Below, piece by piece: positions 27,039-41,159 of a stretch of 64,000 bases of DNA (position 1 is its first letter; each line of letters starts with the position of its first letter). The stretch is from Callorhinchus milii (lineage: Eukaryota): NCBI RefSeq assembly GCF_018977255.1, contig NW_024704756.1:1-64000 (forward strand). The letters are read 5' to 3'. Both the position numbers and the translations under genes were made by a program. The notes under the pieces were generated by a model. It did no database searches. It worked only from the letters and a program-made list of their open reading frames with translations, and had not been told where the DNA came from.

Positions 27039-27106
27039 GACGAGAATGGGATTCAAAACCATACGTGTAGAGCAGTCCATCACCTTAACCGCTCAGCCAC
27101 CTCGTC
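27039..27106 (-). pseudogene. tRNA-Ser(GCT) pseudogene with an internal deletion
   Basis: GACGAGGTGGCTGAGCGGTTAAGGTGATGGACTGCT|CTACACGTATGGTTTTGAATCCCATTCTCGTC; about 13 nt lost between two TGCT copies. Confidence 0.85.
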
Positions 27107-27249
27107 TCCTGTAGCTCTTTACAAGGCTTGAGTTTACAATTGGCATTAAGATATAATGATGGATGGATCCAATGTATTGGAAATGCCATGTCAAGTGCAA
27201 GGTTTATTGCGAGTTAATGTCATGAAGTGGGTTGTATGCAAAGAGGTTA

Positions 27250-27574
27250 AATAATAATAATAATAATTCTTGCATTTGATATAGCGCTTTTCACGTCGGG
27301 AGGATGTTCCAAAGCGCTTCACAGAACACACTGTAAAGTGAATTGACTGTATATTTGTGGGCAAACGCGGCCGCCAATTGCACATGGCAATGTCCCACAA
27401 ACAGTCGTAGATTGAAAATGACCAATTTATTATTGTTTTGGGTTTTGGAGGGATTATTATTCGGCTCTGTGTGGAGTAAGGAAACTTGCCCAAGGTTTCG
27501 CCCTCTACCTGGAATTGAACTCAGGTCTCTCACTTGCAAAGTGAGTGCTCTAACCACTGAGCTACAGGACTCCA
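27250..27574 (-). mobile_element. tRNA-derived SINE, full length
   Basis: Same family. Confidence 0.92.
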
Positions 27575-28207
27575 TAAATGAAGTTAAACCTGTCAGTAGT
27601 TGTACTTGGACCCATAGCCTCTAATAGAGACAGTGACGGAACGCAGGACCTTAAACCACTTGTCCGACCTGACACTCACCATTTAAACATCAACAATAAC
27701 AACTTGCTTATTATAGCGTCCCTCACGCAGGGTGACTTCCCAGAGCATCACAAAGGAAGGGAAACTGTTGCAACTGGACAAACAATTCCTGCACGAAAGG
27801 CAGGTCGAAATAGGAGTGGCGCGCTCTGTGTCCACGACACAATCAGTTGAAAGATCCCGAAGAAGAATTGGCCTCCCAATCTTGTTCACTACTCAGCCCC
27901 TATCCACTACTCAATTTCATATTTGCCAAATAAAGTTTATCTTTCATGCAAGGAAGGAACATAAAATATTACAACTCTCCTGCCCAGGTCACAGATATTT
28001 GAATGGTAGAAAAAAAAGTAGTGTCAATTACTTTGCAAAATTAAATGGTTGACTGGAAATAAGAGATGTCAGAAATTATTATTGCTTATTTACACATCAT
28101 GTAAGAAGAAATATGAGCAAAATATTTTGTGATTGGCAACAGGCATTTTTTCCTTTACTGTTGACAATGGTGACAAATCAATTCAGATTGGCTAAAAATA
28201 AAGCACC

Positions 28208-28279
28208 TGATCACTCAGGAATTGAAGCCGGGTCTCCTGCTTGGCAGTTGGAGATACTCACCACAATAATAACCAAGGA
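28208..28279 (-). pseudogene. Decayed tRNA-Asp(GTC)-like
   Basis: TCCTTGGTTATTATTGTGGTGAGTATCTCC...GGAGACCCGGCTTCAATTCC resembles tRNA-Asp. Confidence 0.65.
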
Positions 28280-28509
28280 TTGAAAGTTTAACTACACTTG
28301 ATGTGTGTGGCTGCAAAACTTCTGTGGTATCCCTCCGGTTTTGTCGATGAGGCATTTTCAGTGAAAACACAACAAAATATTCATTGTAGCTGACGGTTAA
28401 TTTAAATGTGTTCTCATGCACATCTCAGTTGGAAAAGCATTGGAGTGAAAATCAAAAGGTTTTTCCATGAATCCTGAGTATTTTTTCCCCAGCCAGATTG
28501 TAAATCATA

Positions 28510-29000
28510 ATCACCCCCTATCATAATCACCCTATCACCCTATCACCCCCATCCTCGCCTCACTCCACTGGCTTCCCATCTCACAGAGTTCAAGATCCTG
28601 GTTCTCGAGTTCAAAGCCCTCCACGTTTTGCTTCCTCTGACCTTTCAGACCTCCTAGACCCCTACCATCCCACTCACTCCCTCTGCTCAGCGGGCTCCGG
28701 CCTGCTTCACGTCCCCTGCCTTGTTCACCACACTATTGGTGGCCGGGCCTTCTGTCATTCTGCCCCCACCCTCAGGAACCCATCCCATAGTCTGTCCGCC
28801 TCACCCCCTCCCTCGCCACCTTCAAGACCCAACTCAAGACCCTCCTCTTCGACCGTGCTTTCGATCTCCCTGCTTCCCTCCTGCCCTCCACCCTCCCTGA
28901 TCCCTACTCCCAGCTCGGGTCCTGTAACTCTGTCTGACCAGCGCCTTGGGACGTCCTCCCGACATGAAAGGCTCCAATACACATAATTTTGTTGTTGGTG
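28510..29000 (+). mobile_element. L2 LINE 3' fragment
   Basis: ITPILASLHWLPI segment and tail GCGCCTTGGGACGTCCTCCCGACATGAAAGG. Confidence 0.8.
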
Positions 29001-29879
29001 GTGGTGGTGTTTCAAAATCATTTTGGTATCTAGTAGCTTTTAGTGAATAGTGGGCTTGCCTCACAAGCAGGAGGATCAGTGTTGGATCCTGGGCAGGGCG
29101 AAACAAACTTACTCCACACACTTCTGTTTATCTAGTCTTTGTTACTTGATTGGTGCATCGCCTTTGGCGCAAATCCCCCTCTCACCAAAGAAAAATGGTC
29201 ATTCATTTCAAGATTGTTTGTGGGAATAGTTATCAACACTGTTATGTCAAGTCACGTATTTTGATTGTGCTGGGTGTAAGAAAATAATTAAAATATAAAC
29301 TGCTGCAGAAATGCAATAAATTATCATGGCCATGACTTTATTTACCAGGAATGGGCTTCTGATAAGGAAAAGTGGAAACCAATATTTTGCTTAGGATCAT
29401 CTGTTCAGACATCTGCCAGTCTGAACACTGCTGGTAAAAATGCCTTCTTGTAAACAGTAAATTTTGGGTTCAAATCGTGAAGTTTCTGGCTGAACACACG
29501 AATATCACCAATCTGGGTCTTGCTGCCATGACTGTGACAGGAAGTAATTCAAACACCACGTTGTTACAAATAAACCTGCAGATTTTGTGTAACAGAAGAA
29601 CCGACAACATTGCAGTGAAATCATGAAAACTCTTTCATTTGGTGTTTTATTTTGTGATGTTTCTGGTAAAAATTTACAGAGATACCATGGACATGACCAG
29701 GGAGGAGTCTGTCAGTCTCTGTGCTGCAGGCGCCGGTTGTCGGTTTTGCTCCCAATTGTTACTCAGGCTCCGGTTTGGATTCAGGTGGGTTTTAGACCCT
29801 ATTCAGCTCAATGAATCGATTTGACTCATCCCCGTGAGCCATATAAATGTAAAAGTGTTGTTATTATCACCTATTAGCG

Positions 29880-30330
29880 AATGAGGGACCTTGATTATGA
29901 GGAAAGGAGAGAGAGTTGAGGATTATTCTCATTGGAGCAGAGAATGTTACGAGGAGATCTAATAGAGGTCTTCAAAATCATGAGGGGATTTGATAGGTTA
30001 GAAAGGGAAACACTGTGTCCACTGGTGGGTGTGTCGGCGACTCGAGGTCACAGATTCAAAATAGTCTCTAAAAGAAGCCAAGGTGAGGGGAGAGGACATT
30101 TCTTCATGCAGCGAGTTGTTCGAATCTGAAATGCATTGCCTGAATGGGCGGTCGAGGCCGATTCGATAACACTCGTAAAAACACGGTGGACGGGTATTTG
30201 AGGAGGACGGGTTTGCAGGTTATGGGGAAAAGGCCGGGGAGTGGGATTGACATTACATTGCTCTATTCAAAGAGCCGCACAGACTCGATGGGCCGAATGG
30301 CCTTTTTTTATGCTGTACGATTCTATGGTT
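29880..30330 (+). mobile_element. CR1 LINE 3' fragment
   Basis: LEQRMLRGDLIEVFKIM...TRGHRFK...FFMQRVV; TTCTATG tail. Confidence 0.85.
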
Positions 30331-30793
30331 GACAGGACAGTTATGATAATACAATACTATCACTGAGCAGTGATCGGGTGGAGAAGGGGCTGTACCTTTG
30401 GGTGTTGGTTTCTACTGCACAGCAAGAAGTCTCTGGTGTAAATCCAGGGATATCCTTAAACTGTGACAATTTTGCATAGAAAACCCCTTTGTCACTGTGG
30501 TCATATTTTGACATGACAACCTAATGACCTGAGAAACCAATTTGCTCAAATACCTCAAAAGACAAGAACATCCTCATTTAATAAACGAACGTTGTGGCAA
30601 CGAGGGGGTGCTGAACCCGCCCTGGGGACAGCAGCACCAGAGCAGCAACACACAGTGTGTCAGAGACAACACCAATTACTGATGTACAAATTTCTTAAGG
30701 AAAAAAATTCCCTCTGGATTTGTTGCGCTCCGAGACCCAAATCGCCAAACGTTCAGCAGCAGAACCTTGATCCATAGGAAGTTGGCGTCGAGA

Positions 30794-30866
30794 GCTGCGC
30801 TCCTCAGCCGGTGGAGCTCCCAGGCTTTCAATTCAGGGACATGAGTTCGAACCCCACGATTGGTGC
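30794..30866 (+). pseudogene. Heavily decayed tRNA-Lys-like sequence
   Basis: CTCAGCCGGTGGAGC A-box-like and GAGTTCGAACCCCACG B-box/3' arm similar to tRNA-Lys(CTT). Confidence 0.35.
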
Positions 30867-31183
30867 AATGTTTCCATACTTTTTTTTCAGTTTCTCGTTT
30901 CATTTCAGTTTTGATTGTTCACCGACAGCGCTGAACTTGAGCAGTGATGTTTCAATCTGGAAACCATAGTCAAGTGTGTCGCCAGCACAATGTAGCTGAT
31001 TCAAAGTCTGAAGGCCATTGACGACATTATAAACACATTATTAATAGTGACATAAAATCGGACTAGACAAACGCTGACTATTGTCAGTCTCGCTCAGCTG
31101 ATAAAACATCACACAACTTCACCCCAAAGTCATGTTCTTGAAATGACCTGTACAATTGTAACTTTGATTTTATAGGTAATTGT

Positions 31184-31248
31184 ATTTCTGTGGTGTTATC
31201 GTCATCACTCTGGACTTTGAACCCAGTGATCAAATTGTGTTGGCAACC
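31184..31248 (+). pseudogene. Decayed tRNA-Gln(TTG)
   Basis: CACTCTGGACTTTGAACCCAGTGATC anticodon arm; T arm partly deleted. Confidence 0.6.
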
Positions 31249-32445
31249 CCACTAGTTCTTTTATTTACACATACAATCAACAACAATAACAAGATTACAT
31301 TTGCTTAGCACCTTTCACGTCGAGAGGACGTCCCAAGGCGCTGACAATCGTCCAACAGCTCAGTATTTGATGACAGAACCAATTGTGCAGAACATCATGT
31401 TTGAAGTCCAATAAGTCTCACCAATCCTTCCAATGTGAAAAGCGCTATATAAATATAAATCTGTATTTTATCTACCAGAAAGTTCTATTGGTGTCATAGT
31501 TATCATGTTCTCATCTGGTATGAGAGATGTCAGGCTCCAAACTGAGCAAACGCCTTAAGTAAAATGGTATACTTGATAAATTTTGAAATGCTTTCACTCT
31601 CACGGTTAAATCAAAGATTTTGAAAAAGACTCATCATTATTTTTAGATTTTTGATCTGTTTTAATATTAATGTTTCCCTAAACCCAATTACTGCACATGT
31701 TTTGAATAAATTTCAAGACCATTTATTTTCAGATTTGCTTCCTCATAAACAAGAGATCTCTTTGCATTTGCACGACTTGCAGGCACTGCACTCACTGCCT
31801 GGAAGCCAAACAGAGCAGGAGGTGGTCCCTGAATACGCCATGTCCTGTCCTCCACATTCTTGATTGTAGGTTCGACTGAACTTTTGGTTTGTAATTACAA
31901 ATTTGAAGTGTGATTTTCACACCGCTGTATATCATGTTCTACTTTGAAATTTTAAATGTACTTGTAAATTTTTTCCAGCAAAACAAGTCACGACAAGTCA
32001 CAAGTCACAAAACAGGAGGAATTGGTGCTATTCTGATGAGCCTCAGGTGATGCACCCAAAGGTGGTTTGTCCCATCTGCTGGACTGGCCACACCACTGAA
32101 TCTGTGACACTAACCTACTTTTTTTTTGGGGGGGGGTTTATAAATACAAGTTGTTGAATGTTGTTGTTGTTCTTGCGGTCGCCCTCACAAGGATCTTGAA
32201 TGATCAGTGATGATCATAAATCCCAACAAGTCTTCAATAAGTGAAGACAATGAAGGCGTCTGTCAGAAAATCATGTAATAATTACAGCAATAAAACTTGA
32301 AATCTTGTCTGATCTCTCATCTGGTTTTCAATCACACAGAAGCCTTGGGAGGGCCTCCTGACACGCAGGGCAGTGTGTACATGTACATTTGTGTTGCTTT
32401 GTGAACTTTTACTGTCTTTACCCAATTAATAACTGTGAATTATGT

Positions 32446-32517
32446 GGGGATGTAGCTCAGAGTTAGAGCACATGCTGCGCATGAATGAGGTCTCGGGTTC
32501 AATCCCCAGCAACTCCA
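32446..32517 (+). tRNA. tRNA-Ala(CGC), probably a pseudogene
   Basis: 72 nt, GGGGATGTAGCTCAG...CGC...GGTTCAATCCCCAGCAACTCCA; U33 replaced by G and stem mismatches. Confidence 0.8.
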
Positions 32518-32856
32518 CGTGTGGAGTATAACTATTATAAAGAGCCAGTTTTTCAATGATCCTGGTGCTCTCTGACAAATTGATGATTGCTTCCAGAAAC
32601 AAGTTTATCAAGCAAGGCTTCTCTCAGCTGATATTCGTAAAGCTTGTCAAATGTTTTTCACACGTCTTATGTCTCTTGCTGATTGGGCACCAAGCTGCAG
32701 TCAGGAATCATCATCTTAAATTAGGTCATAGAGGACTGTGTTGATACGGATTTTGAAATAGGTGAGGGGTCTATTCGGAGGGATTCAAATACAGATTGTC
32801 AATCCATACAGATTGAAAACTTTCTGAACGAACAAAAGCAATTTGGTTGATGAGGA

Positions 32857-32949
32857 GCCTGGATAGCTCAGTTGGTAGAGCATCAGACTTTTAAAACAAT
32901 CGGTTTCATGGCAATCTGAAGGGACTGTGTTCAAGTCACTGTTCGGATT
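32857..32949 (+). tRNA. Intron-containing tRNA-Lys(TTT), probably a pseudogene
   Basis: GCCTGGATAGCTCAGTTGGTAGAGCATCAGACTTTTA[20 nt]ATCTGA...GTTCAAGT, followed by a T run; acceptor stem weakened. Confidence 0.8.
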
Positions 32950-35279
32950 TTTTTTTGATGGGGGAGAGTAACTACATACAAGTGGAGATTTTTTCCCTAT
33001 ATCAAATATGTCTAAGTATGACATTTATATCATAAATGTTATCACACAATATTTCCTTGTTTCCAACTTAGACTTGAGCATAGCGTCCTCTGATTAAATG
33101 TGATCAGAAAAACATGATCATTTAAGGCACATCCCACTCACACTGGTGGTGGTTCTAACTGAGATTTAATCCATGTTTGTTTTCATGACAAGACAACATT
33201 GAATGATCCTATCTATAAATTCAGCATCCTTATTCTCACTTTCAAATGCCTTACCTCCACCATCTCCTTCAACCACACCGACCCAGCTATAACTTTGGCT
33301 GAACAAAAGGTGACCTGCTTTCTCCCTCCCCACCTTCTATACTCCCCTTCCTGTGTGAGCTTTCACCATGCTCTGGGACACCAACTCAGAGTTCCTCCGA
33401 CTCACTCCCTTCCTATGGTCTTTCTAGGGTGCCATAAAACATAACAATTTGATGGCGAGTTTGGTCATCTTTACCCTCCGCACCTGTTTCTCTTGCTCTG
33501 GAACAAAAACAGAGAGAGATGAGAAAATTCAACAGGTCAGGCAGCATCTATGGAGAAAGGAAAGTGAGTCAATGTTTTGGGTCCACAACCCTTCGTCAGA
33601 ATGCCTGACCATAGATGGTCCCTGAATCTGCTGAGTTTTCCCAGCTCTCTCTGTTTTTGTTTCAGATTTCCAGCATCTGCTGTATTTTGTGTTTGTCGCT
33701 TGCTCTGGAGCCCAGTCAGGACTTTTTGTTTCTCCCACAAATTTACAATCCTTTCACTTTACTGTATATTCTGTGAAGCGCTTTGAAACGTCTAGAAGAC
33801 GTGATAATTATTATTAATTGGTGAATTACATCCTTACAACACGATAGATGCCATGTAAATTATAAACAAATTGGGATATCCTCCCAACGTGAAAGGCGAT
33901 ATACAAATGTAATCTTGTTGTGTTGAATCATAATTGTGCACTGTGTTCGGACAATAACATGGCTTTCAAATTATGTGTGTGTTGAGCACTGCAGTAATTG
34001 CAAACGTGGCAGAAACTGGCTGTGCAGTTGACTCTGTGTTGCCATCAGAGAGAGAGGATTGAAACTCATCGAAGGAAGTTGTCTTTTCAGTTGAAGGTTA
34101 TTAATTTTTCTCCGAGTTTAAATTTCCTGCTGGAAACTAATACATTTTGCTGGTTTTAAACAATTCAGTGCTGCTTGCTCAATGTTCAGCTACTTGAAAC
34201 CAAGTGTGGCATCCATATTATCATTTCAATTAATGAATGAAATTCCTGGCCGGCGAATCATCGTGTCATTGAATGGACCAACATAAGATCAGTCGATTTG
34301 TTTCAGTCGATTTGTAATTTAAATTGAGCGGGTCTTTTCTTTCAAATGTTCTGACAAGTACCAACAATAAGATCCAAATTGCATGATGAATCACTGATAT
34401 TTTAGTTTCAAACACAGGTTGATTTCATATTCAGACACCACCCAGACAAAACATTTTGTATGGATTTGCTGACAAATGATCAGCGATTGTAAATGAATCG
34501 CGGTTACATCAGTATTTACAATGTGGTTGATTAGGAAGTAGTAACATTTCACCAAAGTGCAATTGGCTATTCGCTTGGTTAAAATGTCACCAACTTTCAT
34601 AATGAATCGACTTCTCAAATACATTTCTCGCAGGTCTTAACAGTTCCTTCACCCACAAGGTCCAGCTCCTATCAAACTCCAGCCCATTATCCTCACCCAC
34701 AACGAACAGTGACCCCACATCTCACCTGGGCTACACTCACTCCTGTACTTGAATGGTCCACTTCAAGGTCAGCCCTCCACATGCTTTCACTCTCCAGCAC
34801 CTCCACATCTTTCTGATTTCCTAATACCCATGTCTCTGCACCTCCTGCACTCAACTGACACTGACTTGCTGTGCGTGTCCCTTCCTTTTAGTGTCATCAA
34901 TGGTGTTCACATTCAGTCCCAAGGTACAACCTCTGGAAATCTACGTTGGTAACTCCATCTCGATCACTCGCTAACTATCTTCAATTACCACCGGATGATC
35001 CATGTCTCCTATCCTCAACACCATTCTACCTTTCTCTGCATTGTCCTGTGTGAAATACAGAATGTTTTTGAGGAATAATAAAAGGTTGGCCACAGCTGAG
35101 TGTGATTGCCCAAACTCTAAAGAGATATTTTATACTAAAAGGAGAATATGTTGAGTGCAATAAATAGCTTCACCATGATTCATACTGATTCTGCTTTGGA
35201 AGCAGAAAGTGTTCATTCTTTCAAAAGCAAATGAGATAGATTTCTGTTAGGAAACAATGTGTGGAAATATAGCATATAG

Positions 35280-35535
35280 ATACACACACACACAAAAATA
35301 CACACACAGAGAAACAGACACCACACAGACTCAGAGACACAGCCAGACATACACACAGACAGACACACACACACAGACACACAAAGACACACACAGACAA
35401 AAAGACGCACAAGGCACGTTTCCTTACTTCACACACACAGACAGAGACACAAACACAGAAACACACAGACCGACAGAGAGACACAGACAGATAGACAGAC
35501 AGAGACACACACACAGACAGAAAGGGAGACACACA
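35280..35535. repeat. (CA/GACA)n compound microsatellite
   Basis: Direct inspection. Confidence 0.9.
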
Positions 35536-38500
35536 GTATGTAGTTTGTGACAAGACTGCCGGGATAGTGGAAGGTGAACTGGATGGACCTTTGTCTTCTT
35601 TCGTCGAGCAAATTCTTATGTTATAGTACTAATAATCCGTACAACAACAACTTGCACTTATATAGCACTCTCCACAAAGTGAAGCTGCTGGAAATGGGAG
35701 GGGTGGGGGGAGTATGGTTTGCTTATCCCAGCCGTGTTGGGGGTTCAATAAACTGCACATCAGCACTTCATGTCTCCAGTCCTCACCTGTTCAGCCAATT
35801 ATCCAGTCATTTTGCCTCTCAGGTCACTGTGCAGGGAATGATCATGTGGCTGTAAAGTCTGGCCAGGAAAGACTGGAAGAGAATTTCACTAATGTCACAA
35901 GGTGTAACAGTCAGCTGGGGGCAAATAATAATAATAATCCTAGCATTTCATACATTATCAAGTCATTAAACGTTTCAAAGCGTTTCACGGGATACAATGT
36001 AAGTCGTAGTAACTGTGTATTTTGTGAGTGGCAGCTAAATGTGCCCAGCGATGTCCCCACAAACACTGGATTGAATGACCAATTTTTGTTTGTTGAAGGG
36101 ATTATTACGTCTGGAAAGTGACCCACTAATCGACTAACAAACAGGTTCCTACTTACTGCTGGTAAAGGTGTGTGTCTGTGTGTGTGTGTGTATGTCTGTG
36201 TGTGTCTATGTGGGTCTGTGTGTGCAGTAAGGAAACCTGCCTAAGGTTTCGCCCTGACCCGCCCGGGAATTGAACCCAGGTCCTCTCGCTTGCGAGGCAA
36301 GGTCTTTAACCTCTGAACTACAGGACTCCATTCATGTGACAAGGTTGGCAGGTGGGGGGGATGAACAGGAATCAGGGAGCCTGGTGTAGAAAGTTTGATG
36401 GGGGTGACTGTCAGCAACATGTACACAGTGAGCTGCACTGAGGAGACAGGTGCTGACACACCATGGACACACAGCTGACCCCACCCCCGCCCCCCCGTGG
36501 GCAGCAGCTCTCAGCAGAGGGTTGGCAGTGACCATCATGGCCACTGGCACATGGTGCAGGGCTCAGGGCAGAGGCTACAATGGGACGTTTGGGTTCCCAC
36601 ACAATGAAATATGAATCATCTCTCAGTTGGCATTGGGATCAGAGGCCTCAGCGTGTTCCCGCTGTAAGAAAGTGAGAGTGAATATAAACAAGCAGTAGAC
36701 AGGAAGAGTTGTGCTGAAAGGACAGAGAGCAACGGAAACCTGTCTTTGCATTTCACATCTGATTAACAATATCATCATAGATTGTGTTTATGATGTCTGT
36801 GTCTGTGCTGGGACTCGCTCCCCCACTGGAGCTCTCTCCTCTAACCCCATTACCCTGCTGTGTTCTATCATGTCTGTGGTGCTCTTGAGACCATATCTTA
36901 GTGAAAGGCACTATATAAGTACACGTTGTTGTTGTTGTGCCGTATTTGAAGCTAGACTGACACATCAGTGCAGTACTGAGGACACAGCTCCGTCTATGCA
37001 TTATGCAATAAAGGGCTGTCTGTCTGTCTGTTGTGATGGTTCATGTGCAATGACATAGAACATACAACAAAACATACCATTCAGTCCCACGTGTGCGTGT
37101 AGGTGTTTTACTCCACCCGTGCCCGCCCCTGCGATTCCCTCTCCTATTCTCCTCTATTCCTTTCTCCCTCATCCATCCATCAAGGTTCCACTTGACAAAA
37201 ACAACATATGACATTTACACAGAGCCTTTCATGTCAGGAGGACATCTCAATGCGCTGCACAGTCAGGAGTTTGGCCGCGATTTGGGGATTGGGATCAGGA
37301 GGGGGCGGAGGACAGGGAGGGTGGGGGTGGGATGAACGAAGGCAGGGTTGGTTGAAGAGGAGGGTTTTGGGACGGGTCTTGAAGGAGGTGAGGGAGAGGG
37401 TGAGGCAGAGGGACTGTGGGAGGAGTTCCAGAGGGTAGGGGCAGAGAGGATGAACGCCCGTCCGCTAATGGATTGGCGGGGAAGGTGGGGGACATATCAT
37501 CTGCGAACTGGGAGCTTGTACTCCCTATACCCAAGTCCAGGTCCTTTATATTGATCAAAAACCACAATGGTCCCAACACTGACCGCTGGGGGACACCTCT
37601 GCACACTTCCCTCCAGTCAGAAAAACAACCATTCACCACTATTCTTTGCTTTCTGTCTCCCAGTTAGTTTTGTATAGATTGGAAAGCTTGGCCAGATAGC
37701 ACTCTCAATGGCAAGCTATATGGTTTAGCAGGTTAGACTCCAACTCTTACCCCCAACGCACACTCTGGGCTCACATTCACTAATCCTTACATTTGATGCT
37801 GGTTCTCAGCTTCAAAGTCCTCCACCGCCTTGCTCCTCCCTATCTCTGTCACCTCCTATACCCCTACAACCTGTCCATGCCTTCCGCTCAGTGGGCTCCG
37901 GCTTGCTTCATGCCTTCCCTTGCCTCCTTCAAGACCCATCTCAAGACCCTCCTCTTCAATCATGCCTTCGGTCACTCTCCTATCCCTACCCTCCCTGCTC
38001 TCCTTCCAGATCCCAACCATCAGCTCAGGTCCAACTCCCTGACTGGTAAGCGCCTTGGAACGTGAAAGTGGCTGTACAAATGTTTTATTGTTGATGTTGA
38101 TACAGCGCCTTCGAGACACCTTGAAGCCTGTTGCAGGAGATACACTGTAAGTGGGTGAACCCAACTTCGCTCCCGATCACCCCAGTCCTGGCCAGATTGC
38201 ACTGGCTGCCTATCCAGAGAGGATCGATTTCAAGATCCTCACCCTTGTATTCAAGTCCCTGCACTCCTCTGCATCCCCCGACCTCTCTGACCTCCTCTCT
38301 CCTCAAAACAGTACCCGGTGCCTTCACTCCTCCGGGTCTGGCCTACTCCTCATCCCCAAGTCCTCCCCTCCACCCTCGATGGCCATGCCTTCAGCCACTA
38401 TGCATGCCTGGCTGGCTCGGTCTGGCCTTCAGCCTGTCTCTCAACTTCATTTCTCCACCATTTGAGGCTATGCCTTCAGCAAATCTCTCTCTAAGCCTCT

Positions 38501-38710
38501 AGCAACCCCCCACCGCCCCACCTTGTCTCATTACCCGACTTCACATCACACCTAAAGACTTTCCTCTTCACCTATGCCTTTATTCACATTCACTTTCTCT
38601 CTCCGCCTCAGCAACCAGCTCTGCCATTGTAGAGTCCTGTAGCTCAGTGGTTGGAGCACTCGCCTGATCATGTCTTCGAGTTGTCTCAAAACCACCTCGA
38701 GATGTCTGCA

Positions 38711-38996
38711 GGAGTCTTGTAGCTCAGAGGTTAGAGCACTTACCTCACAAGTGAGAGACCTGGGCTCAATTCCCAGCAGGATGAAACCTTGGGCAAGTTT
38801 CCTTACTGCACACACCTGATAATAATCACTAGTAAATTGGTCACTTCAATCCATGACTATTTGTGGGACGCTGCTGTGCGCAATTGGCTGCCACATATCG
38901 CCCACAAATATTCAGTCAACTCACTTTACAATATATTGTGTGAAGTGCTTTGAGACGTCTAGTAGATGTGATAATGCGTTATATTAAATGCAAGGA
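38711..38996 (+). mobile_element. Older tRNA-derived SINE, preceded by a duplicate head fragment at about 38631
   Basis: Diverged head, core and tail, followed by (AT)n. Confidence 0.8.
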
Positions 38997-39157
38997 ATAT
39001 ATATATATATATATATATATAATAAAGCGCTTCACAGAATACACTGTAAAGTGAATTGACTATATTTTGTGGTCAAAATAGGAAATATTGTAGATGACTT
39101 GAGTTTCAAACTGCTGTATAATTCACATAATCCAAATCCTGTCCTGTGTTTTAACAG

Positions 39158-39620
39158 AAACTATTTCCAATATTATCATTGTCTCCAATGATATGATCCC
39201 AGTAGAATATAATGAAAAAAAATTGGTCACTTCGATCCACCTGTTTGTGGGACCCTGCTGTCCGCAATTGGCTGCCGTGTGTCGTCCACAAATATACAGT
39301 CAATCACTTTACAGTATATTCTGTGAAGATGTCTAGAAGACGTGAAAAACACCATATCAAATGCAAGGATTATTATTATTACTATTATTATTATGATGAC
39401 ACTGAGGGGCTGACCTGCACTGCACTAGGCACAGCCGTTTCATACGAGTGGTAGAAGGATAATGAAATATTACTCTATAACCACAGGATTGTTCTAAATG
39501 TGGATAAAAAAATAATGACTCTAGTTGGAGTTTTGAGGTCTGACGGTATGAAGTACACTTGCCATGCCTACAACGCCGTTAGTGGCAATACAAGCCATCC
39601 ATTTTTTCTGAATATGAACT
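39158..39620 (+). pseudogene. CEACAM-like IgC exon (A-type), interrupted by a SINE 3' fragment (about 39216-39393) and a stop codon
   Basis: ag|..TISNIIIVSNDMIPVEYN / DTEGLTCTALG..EW*KDN..RIVLNVDKKIMTLVGVLRSDGMKYTCHAYNAVS..HPFFLNMN|gtaagt; phase 1-1. Confidence 0.8.
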
Positions 39621-40715
39621 GTAAGTATCACAGCGAGCAGCTTCAATGTTATATAATGTGGTTGCAACCTTGGATTTGTTTAAGCCACATTTCCAATCAC
39701 ACCGCACACCTCACTGCTGAAACCCTCCTCCATGCTTTCATCACCTCCCATCTTGATTTCTGCAATGCCCCTCCTCAGCAGTTTCCACAGTTTCACCATT
39801 CACAAAGTCCAAGTGTTTCTAAACTCCATCGCCTGTGTCATCAAACCAGAACCATACTGCATACACTCATCACCTCAGTCCTGCCAAATTTCATTGGCAC
39901 AGAGCAAACTGATTAATAGAAACAGGAAGAAGTCATTCAGCCCCTTGAGCCTGTTCTGCCATTCTATTAGATCATGTCTGATCTGTACCTCAACTCCAAT
40001 TACCTGCCTTTACCCATTCCCTTGATACCCTGACCTAACAAACATCTATCCACCTCAGTCTGGACAATGTGATTGGATCCAGGTATAATCCACATCCTTT
40101 GGGGGAAGAGAATTCAAGATTTCCAAGATGTCCTGATTCCAAGCTCTTCACACTCCCCAACAAATCACTTCATGCCCAGGCACCTCCCTACAACCCCAAC
40201 CTGCTCATCTTCCACTCTGCTTAAGGACTTTGAGTTGCCAGTTAACAACAAGATCAAACAACGTGAATTTATGTAACACCCTTCATGCTGGGTAGCATCC
40301 CAGAATGCTTAACAGTGGCAGAGTCTGACCCCAAGTTAGGTGGAGGTGGCGAGGGGGGGAGGTGGCAAGCACAATCAAAAAAGAAGGTGTTTAGGTGGGA
40401 TTCGAAGGTGGCGAGAGAGGGGACAAGGTGGAGGGATTGAGGGAGAAAGTTCCAGAGCTTCGGAGCATGGAGGCTGAAAGCATGGCCGCCCTTCTATCCT
40501 CCTCTGCCCTCTTTCATCCCACCCCAGTCCCACCTCCACGCTCAGGTCCTGATCCCCGACTGTTCAGCGCTTTGGGACGTTCTCTCGAAGTGAAAGGCAC
40601 TTTACAAATTTAATTTTGTTGTTTGTTGTTGTTGGTGATGGGTTGTACTGTGCATTAAAAAGTTCTAGACTTGTGATTTTTATGATGTGACAAACTATTA
40701 TTTTGTTTGTTCTAG

Positions 40716-40979
40716 ATGGACCAGGATTACCCATTATGTCTATCATCCCAGATCAAACCGTTCACTGTTTAGGAACAACCTTTGTTTTGCTGTGTTCCGC
40801 GGACTCCAATTCAGTGTCCCAATTTAAGTGGTTTCACAATGGTGCCTCTCTTCTGCTAAACAGCCGACAAATTACCATCAGTAATATTTCTATGAACGAC
40901 ACTGGAAAACACACTTTTCAGGCAAATAACAATGTAACACTAATGTATAATGAAGCGATCAGAAAAATCTAAGCCATGG
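40716..40979 (+). pseudogene. CEACAM-like IgC exon (B-type), disabled
   Basis: Splicing recreates the YGP junction; LLCSADSNSVSQFKWFHNG..ITISNISMNDTG; second Cys lost and stop near the end; ag/gt boundaries. Confidence 0.8.
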
Positions 40980-41159
40980 GTATGTAATGGTAATAGTATA
41001 ATAAATAGTGATCCTTTTTATGTCATTTTCACTCCTTAATTTGACAGCACAGCCCGGCCCGGCTCATCAGCAGGACCTGGAAGGGCAGACCAGTCACTGG
41101 GGGCAGGGAATCCCCGCACTCAGCGCCTGTTAACCCTGCAGCCAAAGCCCTAACTAATG

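Noticed and set aside
34391-34624. Possible further GPCR relic (IICQQIHTKC); similar hints near 25500 and 29530
   Set aside because: Similarity is too short and weak to support by eye.
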